DNA from: a virus
Length of the DNA stretch: 64,000 nt
Virus record (IMG/VR): IMGVR_UViG_3300019752_000004
Location: 1 to 64,000 of that record
Reading direction: 5' to 3' (one strand)
The notes under the pieces are model-generated. The model ran no database searches, was not told the origin of the DNA, and saw nothing but the letters and a program-made list of their open reading frames with translations. Position 1 is the first letter of the stretch. Each line of letters begins with the position of its first letter. This document shows, one piece after another, positions 1 through 10,000 of the stretch. The translations under genes were made by a program, and so were the position numbers.

Positions 1-117
1 GAAACAAAATCTATTGAAAATAAAACACACCCTTGTATGGTAGAATACTCTGAACTTCCAGAGGAACAAAAAATTAAAGACCGTCTATTCAAAGCTATTG
101 TAGACGTTTTTAAATAA
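1..117 (+). CDS. RyR-domain phage protein, 3' end only (truncated by window)
   Basis: Frame 1 reads ETKSIENKTHPCMVEYSELPEEQKIKDRLFKAIVDVFK*. K-T-H-P-C-x-V-x-Y-x-x-L-P-E-E-Q-K-x-K-D is the RyR-domain signature. Confidence 0.75.
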   Translation, partial: ETKSIENKTHPCMVEYSELPEEQKIKDRLFKAIVDVFK

Positions 118-143
118 AACAATTTAACATAGGTAGGTAAGAA

Positions 144-401
144 ATGATTATAAAGGTAAAATCAGAAGGTTATGGATGGATATACGTTGAAGGTGATGAC
201 ATCTTTGTTCAAGATGAATGTAGTCTTGAAGAAATTGGACCGCCTAGTATCGGTGAACACACAGTATATGGTAACAGTTCTGATTCATTCAAAGGTGTTA
301 CTGTAAAGAAAAATGGTGGTGTTGTCGCTAGGATTTACGTTGGACACACTAACGATGCATTTATTATGAATGGCAATGGTGATACTATTGAACGTCTGTA
401 G
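144..401 (+). CDS. hypothetical protein (85 aa)
   Basis: ORF with AGGTAGG-type RBS, followed by a terminator. Confidence 0.7.
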   Translation: MIIKVKSEGYGWIYVEGDDIFVQDECSLEEIGPPSIGEHTVYGNSSDSFKGVTVKKNGGVVARIYVGHTNDAFIMNGNGDTIERL

Positions 402-424
402 TCTAATTTTAAATTAATTGTTGT

Positions 425-462
425 GAAAGGGTTGATGGAGCATTCTATCAACCCTTTCTTTT
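425..462 (+). terminator. Rho-independent terminator
   Basis: GAAAGGGTTGAT...ATCAACCCTTTC stem followed by a T-run. Confidence 0.8.
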
Positions 463-469
463 ATAAATA
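462..469 (+). promoter_or_regulatory. T4-type late promoter upstream of nrdG
   Basis: Exact TATAAATA directly after the terminator, 32 nt before the ATG. Confidence 0.6.
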
Positions 470-501
470 AACTTACCTGATATCAAAAGGAGTAGTTTTT
501 A

Positions 502-1026
502 ATGTTTGCAAAATCTGATTTCCAACACAGTTTTCTTGATTTTCCTGATCCATCTGGAAGTTCCGTCTCTGTGTTTTTTTATGGTTGTCCTCACAACTGT
601 GAGAATTGCCACAACAAGGAAATGACGACTCTAGAGAACTTAAATGTAGAACGGGCTATCAGTGACCCTAAAGAACTGTTAGAACGCCTCACAAAGCATT
701 GTAGGCGGTGTAGAACGGATCGTGTGGTGTTAATGGGTGGAGAACCTTTATCACCTGCTAACATTGAAGGTGTGAAAACATTTTTAAAACTAGCTAAAAA
801 TAAACTTGAAATCTGTATCTATACAGGATATAATATCTCTCATGTCACAAGAAATGAAATCAAACATTTCAAATATGTAAAGACTGGGGGATACAAACAC
901 AGTAAAAAGGTTGTCAGTGAAAAAACAGATGATTATTTTCAACTGGCATCTACAAACCAGAAAATATATGACAATGATTTAAAATTACTTACCGAGCGTG
1001 GTAAATTCGTATTTAATAGGAAATAA
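502..1026 (+). CDS. nrdG: anaerobic ribonucleotide reductase activase (radical SAM)
   Basis: GCPHNCENCHN CxxxCxxC, GGEPL, IYTGY and ASTNQ motifs; adjacent to nrdD. Confidence 0.92.
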   Translation: MFAKSDFQHSFLDFPDPSGSSVSVFFYGCPHNCENCHNKEMTTLENLNVERAISDPKELLERLTKHCRRCRTDRVVLMGGEPLSPANIEGVKTFLKLAKNKLEICIYTGYNISHVTRNEIKHFKYVKTGGYKHSKKVVSEKTDDYFQLASTNQKIYDNDLKLLTERGKFVFNRK

Positions 1027-1028
1027 CG

Positions 1029-4000
1029 TTGAACTTAACAGAACTTAAAGATACCTTTAGTCCAGAGGCAAACACTAACTTTACACGTCAGCAGATTAGA
1101 AAATCTCTGAAATTGAATCTACAACGAAAATTCAAAAATAAATCTAAGACAGAAATTATTGCATGTGTTGATGAACTCATGACTATCAATGGATTGTCTG
1201 AGGATAAATTTAATTGTCTGGATTTTGTCCAGAAGATGATTGATAGTAATATTAATGATCTCAGTATTGATGATAACAGTAATAAGACTGAAAAAACTAT
1301 TGCTGGTATATATGCGGAATCAAATGCAGCTAATAAAAAAATAGTTGGATATGATTTTCTATACCGTGTGATGAAAGGTATGTATGGCAAGATTCGTGCC
1401 AAACGTCTTGTAGGAGAAATGATTGATCATAGTTTAGGACTCAGTGACAGTTCAAACATTCTCATTCCTTATTGCTATGCACTTGATGCAACTAAATTAA
1501 TTACTGAGGGTAGACCGTTTGGAACACTTCATAGTAAACCAGCTAAACGTGTGGATAGTTATATCAGTGCATTAAATGAAACTATACACCAGATGTCAAG
1601 TCATCTTGCGGGTGCAATTGCTATTGGAACATTCTTTTTTGACATCTCACACCTTTTGATTCGTACAGGTGTTTCTTTAGATGAAATTAAGACAAATGAA
1701 AAGACAAGAAAGCGTTTGCAAAATGATATGCAGAAATTTATTCATTCTGTTAATCATCTGAGCAGAAACAGCAACGAGAGTCCATTCACAAATGTTAACA
1801 TTTTTGACAGATTTAAATTAAAATACATCGTCGAAAATGAATTGAAATGGTTGTTCCCTGATCCATCTGGAATTGAAAGACCAGATTATAATGATATGGT
1901 CGTAGATTTTATTCTTGAAACTCAGGATATATTTTTAGACCTGTTTGATGCAGGTGATCCATGTAAAGCTGGACTTCCATATAGATTTCCAGTTTGTACG
2001 ATGAACATCAGTAAGTCATATGTTAAACTTGATGAAAAATGGAATCCAATTCTAGATAAAGATGGTGAAGAAATACCATGTGATCCTTATATTGTGGATA
2101 CAGAATTTCTGAAAAAATTTGTCAATGAACGTGATGTTCTGAGATACAATATTTTTGCAAGTGATGGCACAAAGGTTTGTAGCTGTTGCTTTGATGAAAA
2201 TCAAAAAGTCCTTGTCGAAGGTTCTGGGTATGGACCAAAGCTTATTACGATTAGAGAAGCTAATGAATTAACAAACGTTGAATGTCCAAATAAACGCATT
2301 TACCAAAATGGTATATGGTCAGAATTCAAACGTGCTGTTGTTAGACATAATCAAGAATACATTAAAGTAACTACTGTTAACAATAAAGAAGTTGTAATGA
2401 CAGGCGACCATTTATTACCATGTTTGGATGGGACAAAACCAGCAGATAAGATTAATTGCGACGATTATATTAGATTTTCTACTGCCGTTTATGAAGGAAA
2501 ATATGATAACGGTTATGGTCTTGGTGTTTTAGTTGGCGCATATGCAGGAGACGGAAGTCAAGGTATTAAAGATGACGGTGGAAACCCTAAACAGTTAGTT
2601 TTATCGTTGAATAGTGATAAAGTTGAAAAATTAAAACCATATTTAGTGGCGTTTGATATTAGTGCGGCTCAAAATAATACTATTAGAGCAACAACTAAAG
2701 ACAAAAAAATTATAGATTTTATAATGAACCGTGTTATAGGCAAAAAATCCTATAACAAATCATTTGCACTTGACAATATCATTAACGACAGTTTTATGTT
2801 TCGTCGTGGAGTAATTGATGGTTTTTATATGACTGATGGTGGTAATACCAATAGAATATACACTACTAGTGATGATCTCCGAGACGGTTTAGAGGCAATT
2901 TTCGCAACATGTGGTATGCAAACTATAATTAATACTAGTGATAGAACAGATGAAAAAGTCGTAATAAGAGGCGAAGAATATAATAGAAATTATCCATTAC
3001 ATTGTATCCGTTGGTATAGTACTTCTAATAAAACCTCAGTGAAGGACATTTATAAGAAACGAGGAAATGATATATTCTTTAAGGTTAAGTCTGTTGAATA
3101 CGTGTCTGGCAGTGAAAATGCATATTGTGTGCAAATAAAAGGCGACAGAGAACCATTCTTTACACTTGCCAATGGGATTGATACACACAATTGCCGAATG
3201 GTTAACGATTCCGATATGTTGGAAGTTGCAGAAAGTGTAAATGCGTTTGGTGCTGGTGCATTATCATCACTTGGTTCACACCGTGTATGTACGATTAACT
3301 ATCATCGTCTTGTACTTGAATCAGACAATATCAACGATTTCTGGAAGAACTATAAGTACAGAATCGAAGCTTCTAAAGATATTTTAGTTGCACATAAGAA
3401 ATTGATTATGTTGTTAGCTGATGCTGGTCTGCAGTCATTTGTTTCAAATTATTGGATCAACATGAAACGTATGTTCAGCACATTCGGCGTGCTTGGCATA
3501 TACGAAATGCAAAAAACAGCTGAAAAGAAATATGGCAAAGAAAATATTGGTGAAGATTTCACTGGTGAAGTACTTTCATTTTTAGAAAATAAAGTGCACA
3601 CATTCACTAAAACAATTGATGATCACCGTTTCAATATTGAACAGATTCCAGCCGAATCCTATGCGGTACGACTCTGCAATGCAGATAAAGTTCTGTTCGG
3701 TGATGAAAACGTTCCATATAATTTATATGCGAATCAGTTTGTCCCACTACATGCGGATGCAACTATTTGGGAAAAGCTTGATGCCGATGGAAAGTATAAT
3801 AAATTGCTTTCTGGTGGTGGGATAGTCCATGCTACTGTAGGTGAACGTCCTACAAGCGCACAGATTCTTGAAATCATCTACTATGCTGTAGACGTTGGTT
3901 GTGAACATTTTGCTATTAATGGTATCTATGGTGTGTGTGAAAATGGTCACCACTATCTAGGTGATACTGATGTATGTCCTGAATGTGGTGGTATGACTGT

Positions 4001-4124
4001 GGAGAAGCTTACAAGAGTCGTAGGGTTTTTCACACCAGTTAGTGGATGGAATAAGACCAGAAGAGAACTTGATTTTCCATTTAGAACCAAAGTTGATTTT
4101 AATGATCGACCAGTAATTGAATAA
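1029..4124 (+). CDS. nrdD: class III (anaerobic) ribonucleoside-triphosphate reductase with intein
   Basis: PYCYA, ESPFTNV and FPVCT motifs; catalytic C-C-R split by an intein; C-terminal CENGH/CPECG Zn site and RVVGF glycyl-radical loop; TTG start. Confidence 0.93.
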   Translation: MNLTELKDTFSPEANTNFTRQQIRKSLKLNLQRKFKNKSKTEIIACVDELMTINGLSEDKFNCLDFVQKMIDSNINDLSIDDNSNKTEKTIAGIYAESNAANKKIVGYDFLYRVMKGMYGKIRAKRLVGEMIDHSLGLSDSSNILIPYCYALDATKLITEGRPFGTLHSKPAKRVDSYISALNETIHQMSSHLAGAIAIGTFFFDISHLLIRTGVSLDEIKTNEKTRKRLQNDMQKFIHSVNHLSRNSNESPFTNVNIFDRFKLKYIVENELKWLFPDPSGIERPDYNDMVVDFILETQDIFLDLFDAGDPCKAGLPYRFPVCTMNISKSYVKLDEKWNPILDKDGEEIPCDPYIVDTEFLKKFVNERDVLRYNIFASDGTKVCSCCFDENQKVLVEGSGYGPKLITIREANELTNVECPNKRIYQNGIWSEFKRAVVRHNQEYIKVTTVNNKEVVMTGDHLLPCLDGTKPADKINCDDYIRFSTAVYEGKYDNGYGLGVLVGAYAGDGSQGIKDDGGNPKQLVLSLNSDKVEKLKPYLVAFDISAAQNNTIRATTKDKKIIDFIMNRVIGKKSYNKSFALDNIINDSFMFRRGVIDGFYMTDGGNTNRIYTTSDDLRDGLEAIFATCGMQTIINTSDRTDEKVVIRGEEYNRNYPLHCIRWYSTSNKTSVKDIYKKRGNDIFFKVKSVEYVSGSENAYCVQIKGDREPFFTLANGIDTHNCRMVNDSDMLEVAESVNAFGAGALSSLGSHRVCTINYHRLVLESDNINDFWKNYKYRIEASKDILVAHKKLIMLLADAGLQSFVSNYWINMKRMFSTFGVLGIYEMQKTAEKKYGKENIGEDFTGEVLSFLENKVHTFTKTIDDHRFNIEQIPAESYAVRLCNADKVLFGDENVPYNLYANQFVPLHADATIWEKLDADGKYNKLLSGGGIVHATVGERPTSAQILEIIYYAVDVGCEHFAINGIYGVCENGHHYLGDTDVCPECGGMTVEKLTRVVGFFTPVSGWNKTRRELDFPFRTKVDFNDRPVIE
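2187..3191 (+). mobile_element. intein (335 aa) with LAGLIDADG homing endonuclease in nrdD
   Basis: Starts CFDENQKV, ends THN followed by Cys (CRMVND). Block B MTGDHLL; LAGLIDADG-like LVGAYAGDGS and VIDGFYMTDGG. Confidence 0.92.
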
Positions 4125-4135
4125 AATTAAAAATA

Positions 4136-4200
4136 GTTGTTGACTATTGAATCTAAGGTGTGTATTCCTGTATTTGTGAGCAGGTGATACACACCTTTTT
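4136..4200 (+). repeat. Repeat family A copy 1: early promoter plus stem-loop (PeSL-like)
   Basis: TTGACT-N17-TATTCC within AAGGTGTGTAT TCCTG...CAGG TG ATACACACCTT hairpin; near-identical copies at 23931, 35442 and 44874. Confidence 0.9.
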
Positions 4201-4226
4201 CAATTTTAAATGTAGGAGAATATGCA

Positions 4227-4571
4227 ATGTCAACTAGAAGTAACATCACTGTCAAAATCGAAGATGAATTTGTAAACGTATACTGTCATTTTGACGGATA
4301 TCCTGATTATTTGGGTTCAAAGTTGGTTGAATATTTTAACACCATTGAGAAAGCCACTAAACTTGTTGAAGGTGGTGATATTTCATCTATCAGTCGTGAC
4401 GGGGTTCCAGATTATTATGCTGCACGCGGCGAAACGAATGTAGACGCAGTGCGCGATCTTGTATTCACTGACTATGGGAACGAATACAATTATCTTTTTG
4501 TAGATGGTGAATGGTATGTAGTTGATTGTGATGATGGCAACACACATACACTTGTTACTGATTTGATTTAG
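4227..4571 (+). CDS. conserved phage hypothetical protein (MSTRS...YCHxDGYP family)
   Basis: MSTRSNI and VYCHFDGYP motifs; AGGAG RBS; first gene after repeat A1. Confidence 0.8.
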   Translation: MSTRSNITVKIEDEFVNVYCHFDGYPDYLGSKLVEYFNTIEKATKLVEGGDISSISRDGVPDYYAARGETNVDAVRDLVFTDYGNEYNYLFVDGEWYVVDCDDGNTHTLVTDLI

Positions 4572-4575
4572 AATC

Positions 4576-4615
4576 AAGAAGGTGTGGTTGATAATATTAT
4601 CAACCACACCTTCTT
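4576..4615. terminator. perfect 40-bp palindrome, probable terminator
   Basis: AAGAAGGTGTGGTTGATAAT|ATTATCAACCACACCTTCTT. Confidence 0.7.
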
Positions 4616-4629
4616 TGGAGAAATAATTT

Positions 4630-6862
4630 ATGAGTAAACATATAAATTATTTGGTATATGACAAATATCCAAAAACTAATATTATGGGTAAAACTAATAT
4701 TAACTGTGACTGTTTCATTGTGTGTAAATCACCGTCATATGAAAAGCCATCAAAACATCAGAAATGGTGTGTTGTATATCATTGTGCAAATATGGTGTAT
4801 TATCATGGATTCTTTGCATCAAAGGATTGTGCAGTTGAATGCGCAAAGTTTGCGTGCGATAAACTCAATAATGATGATACAAATGTAGTGTTTGTAGATG
4901 GCAACTCAATAATTCGAATCGGCAGGTAAAAATGGAATATCCTGATCAAGAATGGCTTGAATTGATAGAAGATGTAAAAGATGTGACGTTAGGAATAAAA
5001 GGTTTGAATATAAGTCTTAACGAATTGAAAGTTCGTATTGACGATAATATACAGGCCAAGGAACGTTTAAACATCACTATAAAAAACTTTAACGAAAAAT
5101 TTACAGAAGATTGTGATGATGACAGAACATGATATTAAAAATAAAATTCGTGAAATTGTATTCAATGCGCCAATTGATGAAACAACCGATATGGACAATA
5201 TCGCTATTTTAATTGTAAGTGATCTAGAACGGTATGCAAATAGAATGGGGATTGAATCAGAGTATACAATTGATGAGAGTGACACGTGGAATGATTACAC
5301 AATGAAACGCTATAATGATTTAGAAACGCGTGTGGTTAATGAATTGTATGATCTCATTTTAAATAATGATGCACATAGTATACACCTGAGCAATCTTAAA
5401 GAATCTGATACAAAATACAACAAACGTTGTCATGTGTGCGGACGATTCGTAAAACGTGAAGAATGGGTGTTGAAATCCAATGAGAACAACCCTAGAGCAA
5501 ATAAACAACTTCCTGAATGTGAAGACTGTATTTCTAACATTGATACAGGAACAATGGGATATTAAAATGCTAAAATCACTAAAAAGACTTATCAAAAGAC
5601 GGATCACACCGTTTGATAAGTCTAAAATGAATTATAAAGTCAATAGGCATATTTTATCGACAGATAGAAAAGCATACAATCTGGACAATTCTGTATATGA
5701 AAATTACGTGTATGATAACGTTTTGGTTACAAGACCACGTGAATATTATAATTCAGATTCATTAGAATCTGTGTGTTCGTACATACCATACACACATACA
5801 GATATTGATGGTAATAAATATGCTTTACAACCAGTTGATTCTGGATGTAAAATGAAGTGCAATCATTTGTGCAATGACAATGATTCATTTTGTCCTTTAT
5901 ACGATTGTGAAACTTTGTGTGTGTCTAATGCAAATGGTCGTTCAATTGACACACCAATTCATTATGATAATTTTAGATTCAGACGTATTGATAAAAACGT
6001 TGTGTCTACTGAATGTTGTCATATTAACACACATTGTACGTCAAACAAATATGTGTATGTATATTTAAAAGGTGGTCATTCATTTCTTTTATGTGTAGAT
6101 TATGAATTTAGAAGTAATGAGAATATTAAAAAGTATTTTGATACAGTTTTAAATAATGTTCATTTTGATTTTTGGGATTATGCGGCATATTTTACACACA
6201 AAATTTTTGAAATGAAATCATATGAAGATATTGATCTAGGATATAAGACTATATCCACATACACCTGTAAAGATTGTGGCAAAGTGTTTTTCAATGTCGA
6301 TGAAAAATGGTTGGAACAAATTCAAAAGAAATATGTTAAAATAGAATGGATTGGCAATAAATATGCAGTTGCATTTTTGGACATGTAAAGGGATATTAAA
6401 ATGAAAGAAGTAATTTATCATTGTGATGTATGCGAATGTAAAATGAGTGATAAGAATGTGTATCATTATCAGGTGTCACAGGTAAGAGAATATGATTTAT
6501 GTCCAGTGTGTAGTGGCAAAGCCAAGAGTATAACACGAGACATATTTTCAAAATTAAATCCAGATGATTATGACCATGATAAGCTCACAAAGAATGAAAT
6601 ATCGTTTGTCGTGATTGAATCCATGATTTGTGACCACATTGATAAGAATGTGAAGCCAGTGAATGATGATATTGGTGTAAAGATTAAACAATATCGTGAT
6701 CTTCAAGAAATGATTGAGAATTGTCCACATAGAAGAAAAGAGCCACATTTCTCTAGAAGAGGGAGAAAAACAAATTTGGTAAATTTTGTATGTCGTAAAA
6801 CCAATACATATTGCAATCCAAATACAAATTGTATATCAAAAATCAATGCTAACGCATTCTAA
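4630..6862 (+). other. cluster of small, often Cys-rich hypothetical CDSs (4630-4929, 4932-5132, ~5113-5565, 5567-6388, 6401-6862)
   Basis: Tightly coupled ORFs with GGAG/GGGAT RBSs and CxxC pairs; no recognisable domains. Confidence 0.65.
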
Positions 6863-6921
6863 ACGTAAATATGACTCATAGTATCTAAAATCATTTAAAA
6901 CGTGGTATAACCATGTTTCTG
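6849..6921 (+). repeat. Repeat family D copy 1
   Basis: CTAACGCATTCTAAAC...GTTTCTG aligns without gaps to 37483-37555. Confidence 0.7.
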
Positions 6922-6949
6922 CGTGAATAAAACATATAGGAGTAAGTAT

Positions 6950-7216
6950 ATGAGTGTAACAGAAGGTAGTGGTAACGTTTTTCAAGACCTTGGAATCGAA
7001 AAACCATACACAATTCAGTTTAAAAGTAATTTAATGCTTGAAATTACAGAACGATTTAGAGAATATTCGGATCAAGAACTGGAAGACATTATTACAGAAG
7101 ATTTGAATATGACTAGAGAACAATTTTATAATCTAGAATTTTTAGTCTCAGGTGATGTTGAAAAACTTTTAGAAATATTCCACCGCATTGGTGGATCAAT
7201 TAATTTTAAATTTTAG
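6950..7216 (+). CDS. XRE/HTH_37 (HigA-like antitoxin) family protein
   Basis: N-terminal EGSGNVFQDLG matches the GSGNVFADLG motif of HTH_37 antitoxins; AGGAG RBS before ATG 6950. Confidence 0.65.
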   Translation: MSVTEGSGNVFQDLGIEKPYTIQFKSNLMLEITERFREYSDQELEDIITEDLNMTREQFYNLEFLVSGDVEKLLEIFHRIGGSINFKF

Positions 7217-7224
7217 GAGATGTT

Positions 7225-7587
7225 ATGTTAGTGCGTGCACCAAAACCATTTGCGGTTTCCAGTAGAAAATCATTTTACATGTGTAGCATGATTTACTTGT
7301 TTATCATGATATTTTTCACATTAATCCACATGAATAATTTTATTATCACACCAAATATTGTTTCATTTGTATTAACCTTAACTTTTATGGTGTGTGCTTG
7401 TGTATTATTTGTGGGATCTCACACAGATGATATGTGGAATGCACATTATGACAATCTTGGTGTGATGGTTGCCGAAAACTATAATTATTATAAATCACAG
7501 TCTATTGAAACGCAATTCTGTGCTGAGATGTCTATTGCTGGTGTGCCACTCATTGGTGAGGAAAATGTTGTGACTTTTTCATTTTAG
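7225..7587 (+). CDS. hypothetical membrane protein (two hydrophobic segments)
   Basis: Hydrophobic stretches at approximately aa 19-36 and 45-64; AGGAG RBS. Confidence 0.65.
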   Translation: MLVRAPKPFAVSSRKSFYMCSMIYLFIMIFFTLIHMNNFIITPNIVSFVLTLTFMVCACVLFVGSHTDDMWNAHYDNLGVMVAENYNYYKSQSIETQFCAEMSIAGVPLIGEENVVTFSF

Positions 7588-7590
7588 TTG

Positions 7591-7620
7591 TTGACAACAT
7601 ATATAAACTTTTGTATAGAT
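7591..7620 (+). promoter_or_regulatory. sigma70-like early promoter for the ParB/PAPS-reductase pair
   Basis: GTTG-TTGACA-N17-TATAGAT, same architecture as the repeat promoters. Confidence 0.65.
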
Positions 7621-7645
7621 GTTTTAAACATAAAGGATAATTATT

Positions 7646-8779
7646 TTGGATTTATTTACATTGATGGATAAGGTTAAAACAGTAGATTCATTGAAAGAAT
7701 CACTGATGAAAATGGACACCGATGAAATGATTGAAGAAATCAATAAGATTAAAATCATGTTACACGAGATCGGACCATTTAAAGATGAGCCTGTTGACTG
7801 TGTTTTATGGGTGAAGACAGATAATGTTGAGGCAAATGATTACAACCCTAATAGTGTTGCTCCACCAGAAATGGAATTGTTGAGACATTCTATTATGACT
7901 GATGGTTATACACAACCTGTAGTTACATGGGCTAGAGAAGGTGACGGTATCAGAGAAGTTGTTGATGGATTTCACCGAAACCGTGTGTGTCGTGAATGTG
8001 ATGACGTCAAACAGCGTGTAAAAGGATATCTTCCTGTTGTAAATATCAGAAGTGAACAGTCTGATAAAAATGATAGAATGGCATCTACAATTCGACACAA
8101 CAGGGCTAGAGGTAAACATAATGTTGATTCTATGTCTGATATCGTCATCGAATTGAAGAAACGCAACTGGAGTGATAAACGAGTTGGTAAAGAACTTGGA
8201 ATGGATGAAGATGAAGTTCTTCGTCTGTGTCAGGTTTCTGGTCTAACAGAAGTATTCGCAGACGAACAGTTTTCCAATTCATGGGAAGTAAACATTTTTG
8301 AAGATTCTGATCTGGATATTATCGATGAATCTGATATCAAAGATGAAAAGGTTGACGCAAATAGACTTCTTCACACATGGGACAAATGGGAATGTTACCC
8401 AGCTGGTTTTTATGAGGAACATCCACCTAAAGACATGACCAAAGAAGATTGTGAACTGAAATATAAAGAATTGTTGACAGATATTCCAGAATTCACTAGA
8501 TGTATTGATGGTATCATAAAAGATTGGACTAATTCATGTGAACATTATCTGACTAACGAAAAGATGAATAGAATTGCATGGATTGGACAAGCTGCATTGT
8601 GTTGGAAATATGCAATTCCATCTAAATTTAGAGGTGGTTTCAATCTGTTGACTAAAGAAGAAAAAGAAACTGCTGATAAATGTGCGTTGAAAGGTTTGAA
8701 TAGATGGCTGAAAGCAAATGACAGACCAGAATTGGATGAAAATAGTGTAGTATCTAAATCTAAAGCAAATATTTACTAA
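7646..8779 (+). CDS. IbrB/YbdM-like ParB/Srx-domain protein with extra C-terminal domain
   Basis: ANDYNPNSVAPPEMELL, GYTQPVV, VVDGFHR, STIRHNRARGKH and ELGMDEDEVLRL motifs. Confidence 0.88.
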   Translation: MDLFTLMDKVKTVDSLKESLMKMDTDEMIEEINKIKIMLHEIGPFKDEPVDCVLWVKTDNVEANDYNPNSVAPPEMELLRHSIMTDGYTQPVVTWAREGDGIREVVDGFHRNRVCRECDDVKQRVKGYLPVVNIRSEQSDKNDRMASTIRHNRARGKHNVDSMSDIVIELKKRNWSDKRVGKELGMDEDEVLRLCQVSGLTEVFADEQFSNSWEVNIFEDSDLDIIDESDIKDEKVDANRLLHTWDKWECYPAGFYEEHPPKDMTKEDCELKYKELLTDIPEFTRCIDGIIKDWTNSCEHYLTNEKMNRIAWIGQAALCWKYAIPSKFRGGFNLLTKEEKETADKCALKGLNRWLKANDRPELDENSVVSKSKANIY

Positions 8780-8780
8780 T

Positions 8781-9998
8781 ATGCAATTAAAAAAGTACAT
8801 AGATAAAGATGTCCTTACATCTGCTAGAGAGCGTGTTGAATTCACATTCGATAATTTTGAAAACATATGTCTATCTTTTTCAGGTGGCAAGGATAGTACT
8901 GTAATGTTTCATCTGGTTATGGAAGAAGCTATCAAACGGGGCCGCAAAGTGTGCGTAATGCTCATTGACTTTGAAGCACAGTATAAACGAACATCTGACC
9001 ATGCGTTGGAAATGTTCGAAAAGTATGAAAAATACATTGATCTTCACTGGATTTGCTTGCCAATCAAACTAAGAAATGCTAGTAGCAACTTTGAACCTGT
9101 ATGGTGTTGCTGGGATGAAGAACGTAAAGATGACTGGGTTCGTGATATGCCGTCTATCGATGGTGTCGTGAATATGGATAATTGTCCATACCCGTTCTTT
9201 GTACCTAAAATGGAGTTTGAAGAATTCGTTCCACTGTTTGCAGAATGGTACGGTGGTGATACTGAAACTGCTGTGTTCGTTGGAATTCGTGCAGATGAAA
9301 GTCTCAATCGTTTCAGAACGATTGCTGTATTTGATAAGGTGATGTATGACAATAAACGATGGACCACACAAGTAGTTGATAAGGTCTTCAACATTTATCC
9401 AATTTATGATTGGAAAACAAAAGATATTTGGTTATATCATTCTACATATCCAGAGAAGTGTCATAATGAAATATATGATTTAATGCAGAAAGCTGGAGTT
9501 CCATTTTCACAACAACGTTTATGTCAGCCATATGGTGATGATCAGAGGCGTGGACTTTGGTTGTATCATATTTTAGAACCAGAGACATGGTATAAGGTTG
9601 TTGCTAGGGTTAATGGAGTTAACAGTGGTTCTCTATATGTGAAAGAAACTGGTAACATTAATGGATACAACAAAATCAATAAACCAGATGGCCATACATA
9701 TAAATCATTTTGCAATCTGTTATTATCTACAATGCCCGATGTCACTCGTGACCACTATGTAGATTTGTTTAAAAGGCATATCAAAGGGTGGAAAAAACGT
9801 GGGTATGTAAATGAAATTCCTGATGAAGCACCACGGGTGTTGGAAAATAAACAATGGGTTCCTAGTTGGAGGCGACTGTGCAAGGTGCTTCTTAGAAATG
9901 ACTGGTGGGGTAAAGGTTTGGGTATGACTCAGCCTAAAAGTGAAGCATATGGCAAATATCTTAAAATGAAAAAGGCTAGACAGAAATCAAAAAAGTAA
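8781..9998 (+). CDS. IbrA/YbdN-like PAPS-reductase family protein (DUF3440)
   Basis: PP-loop SFSGGKDS, GIRADESLNR, YPIYDW, QRLCQPYGDDQ and PSWRRLCK motifs. Confidence 0.9.
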   Translation: MQLKKYIDKDVLTSARERVEFTFDNFENICLSFSGGKDSTVMFHLVMEEAIKRGRKVCVMLIDFEAQYKRTSDHALEMFEKYEKYIDLHWICLPIKLRNASSNFEPVWCCWDEERKDDWVRDMPSIDGVVNMDNCPYPFFVPKMEFEEFVPLFAEWYGGDTETAVFVGIRADESLNRFRTIAVFDKVMYDNKRWTTQVVDKVFNIYPIYDWKTKDIWLYHSTYPEKCHNEIYDLMQKAGVPFSQQRLCQPYGDDQRRGLWLYHILEPETWYKVVARVNGVNSGSLYVKETGNINGYNKINKPDGHTYKSFCNLLLSTMPDVTRDHYVDLFKRHIKGWKKRGYVNEIPDEAPRVLENKQWVPSWRRLCKVLLRNDWWGKGLGMTQPKSEAYGKYLKMKKARQKSKK

Positions 9999-10000
9999 AA

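Noticed and set aside
4136-4200. Family A hairpin as a tRNA, attC site or IS end
   Set aside because: No cloverleaf or T-loop motif, no integrase or transposase in the window, and no target-site duplications; promoter plus terminator explains it
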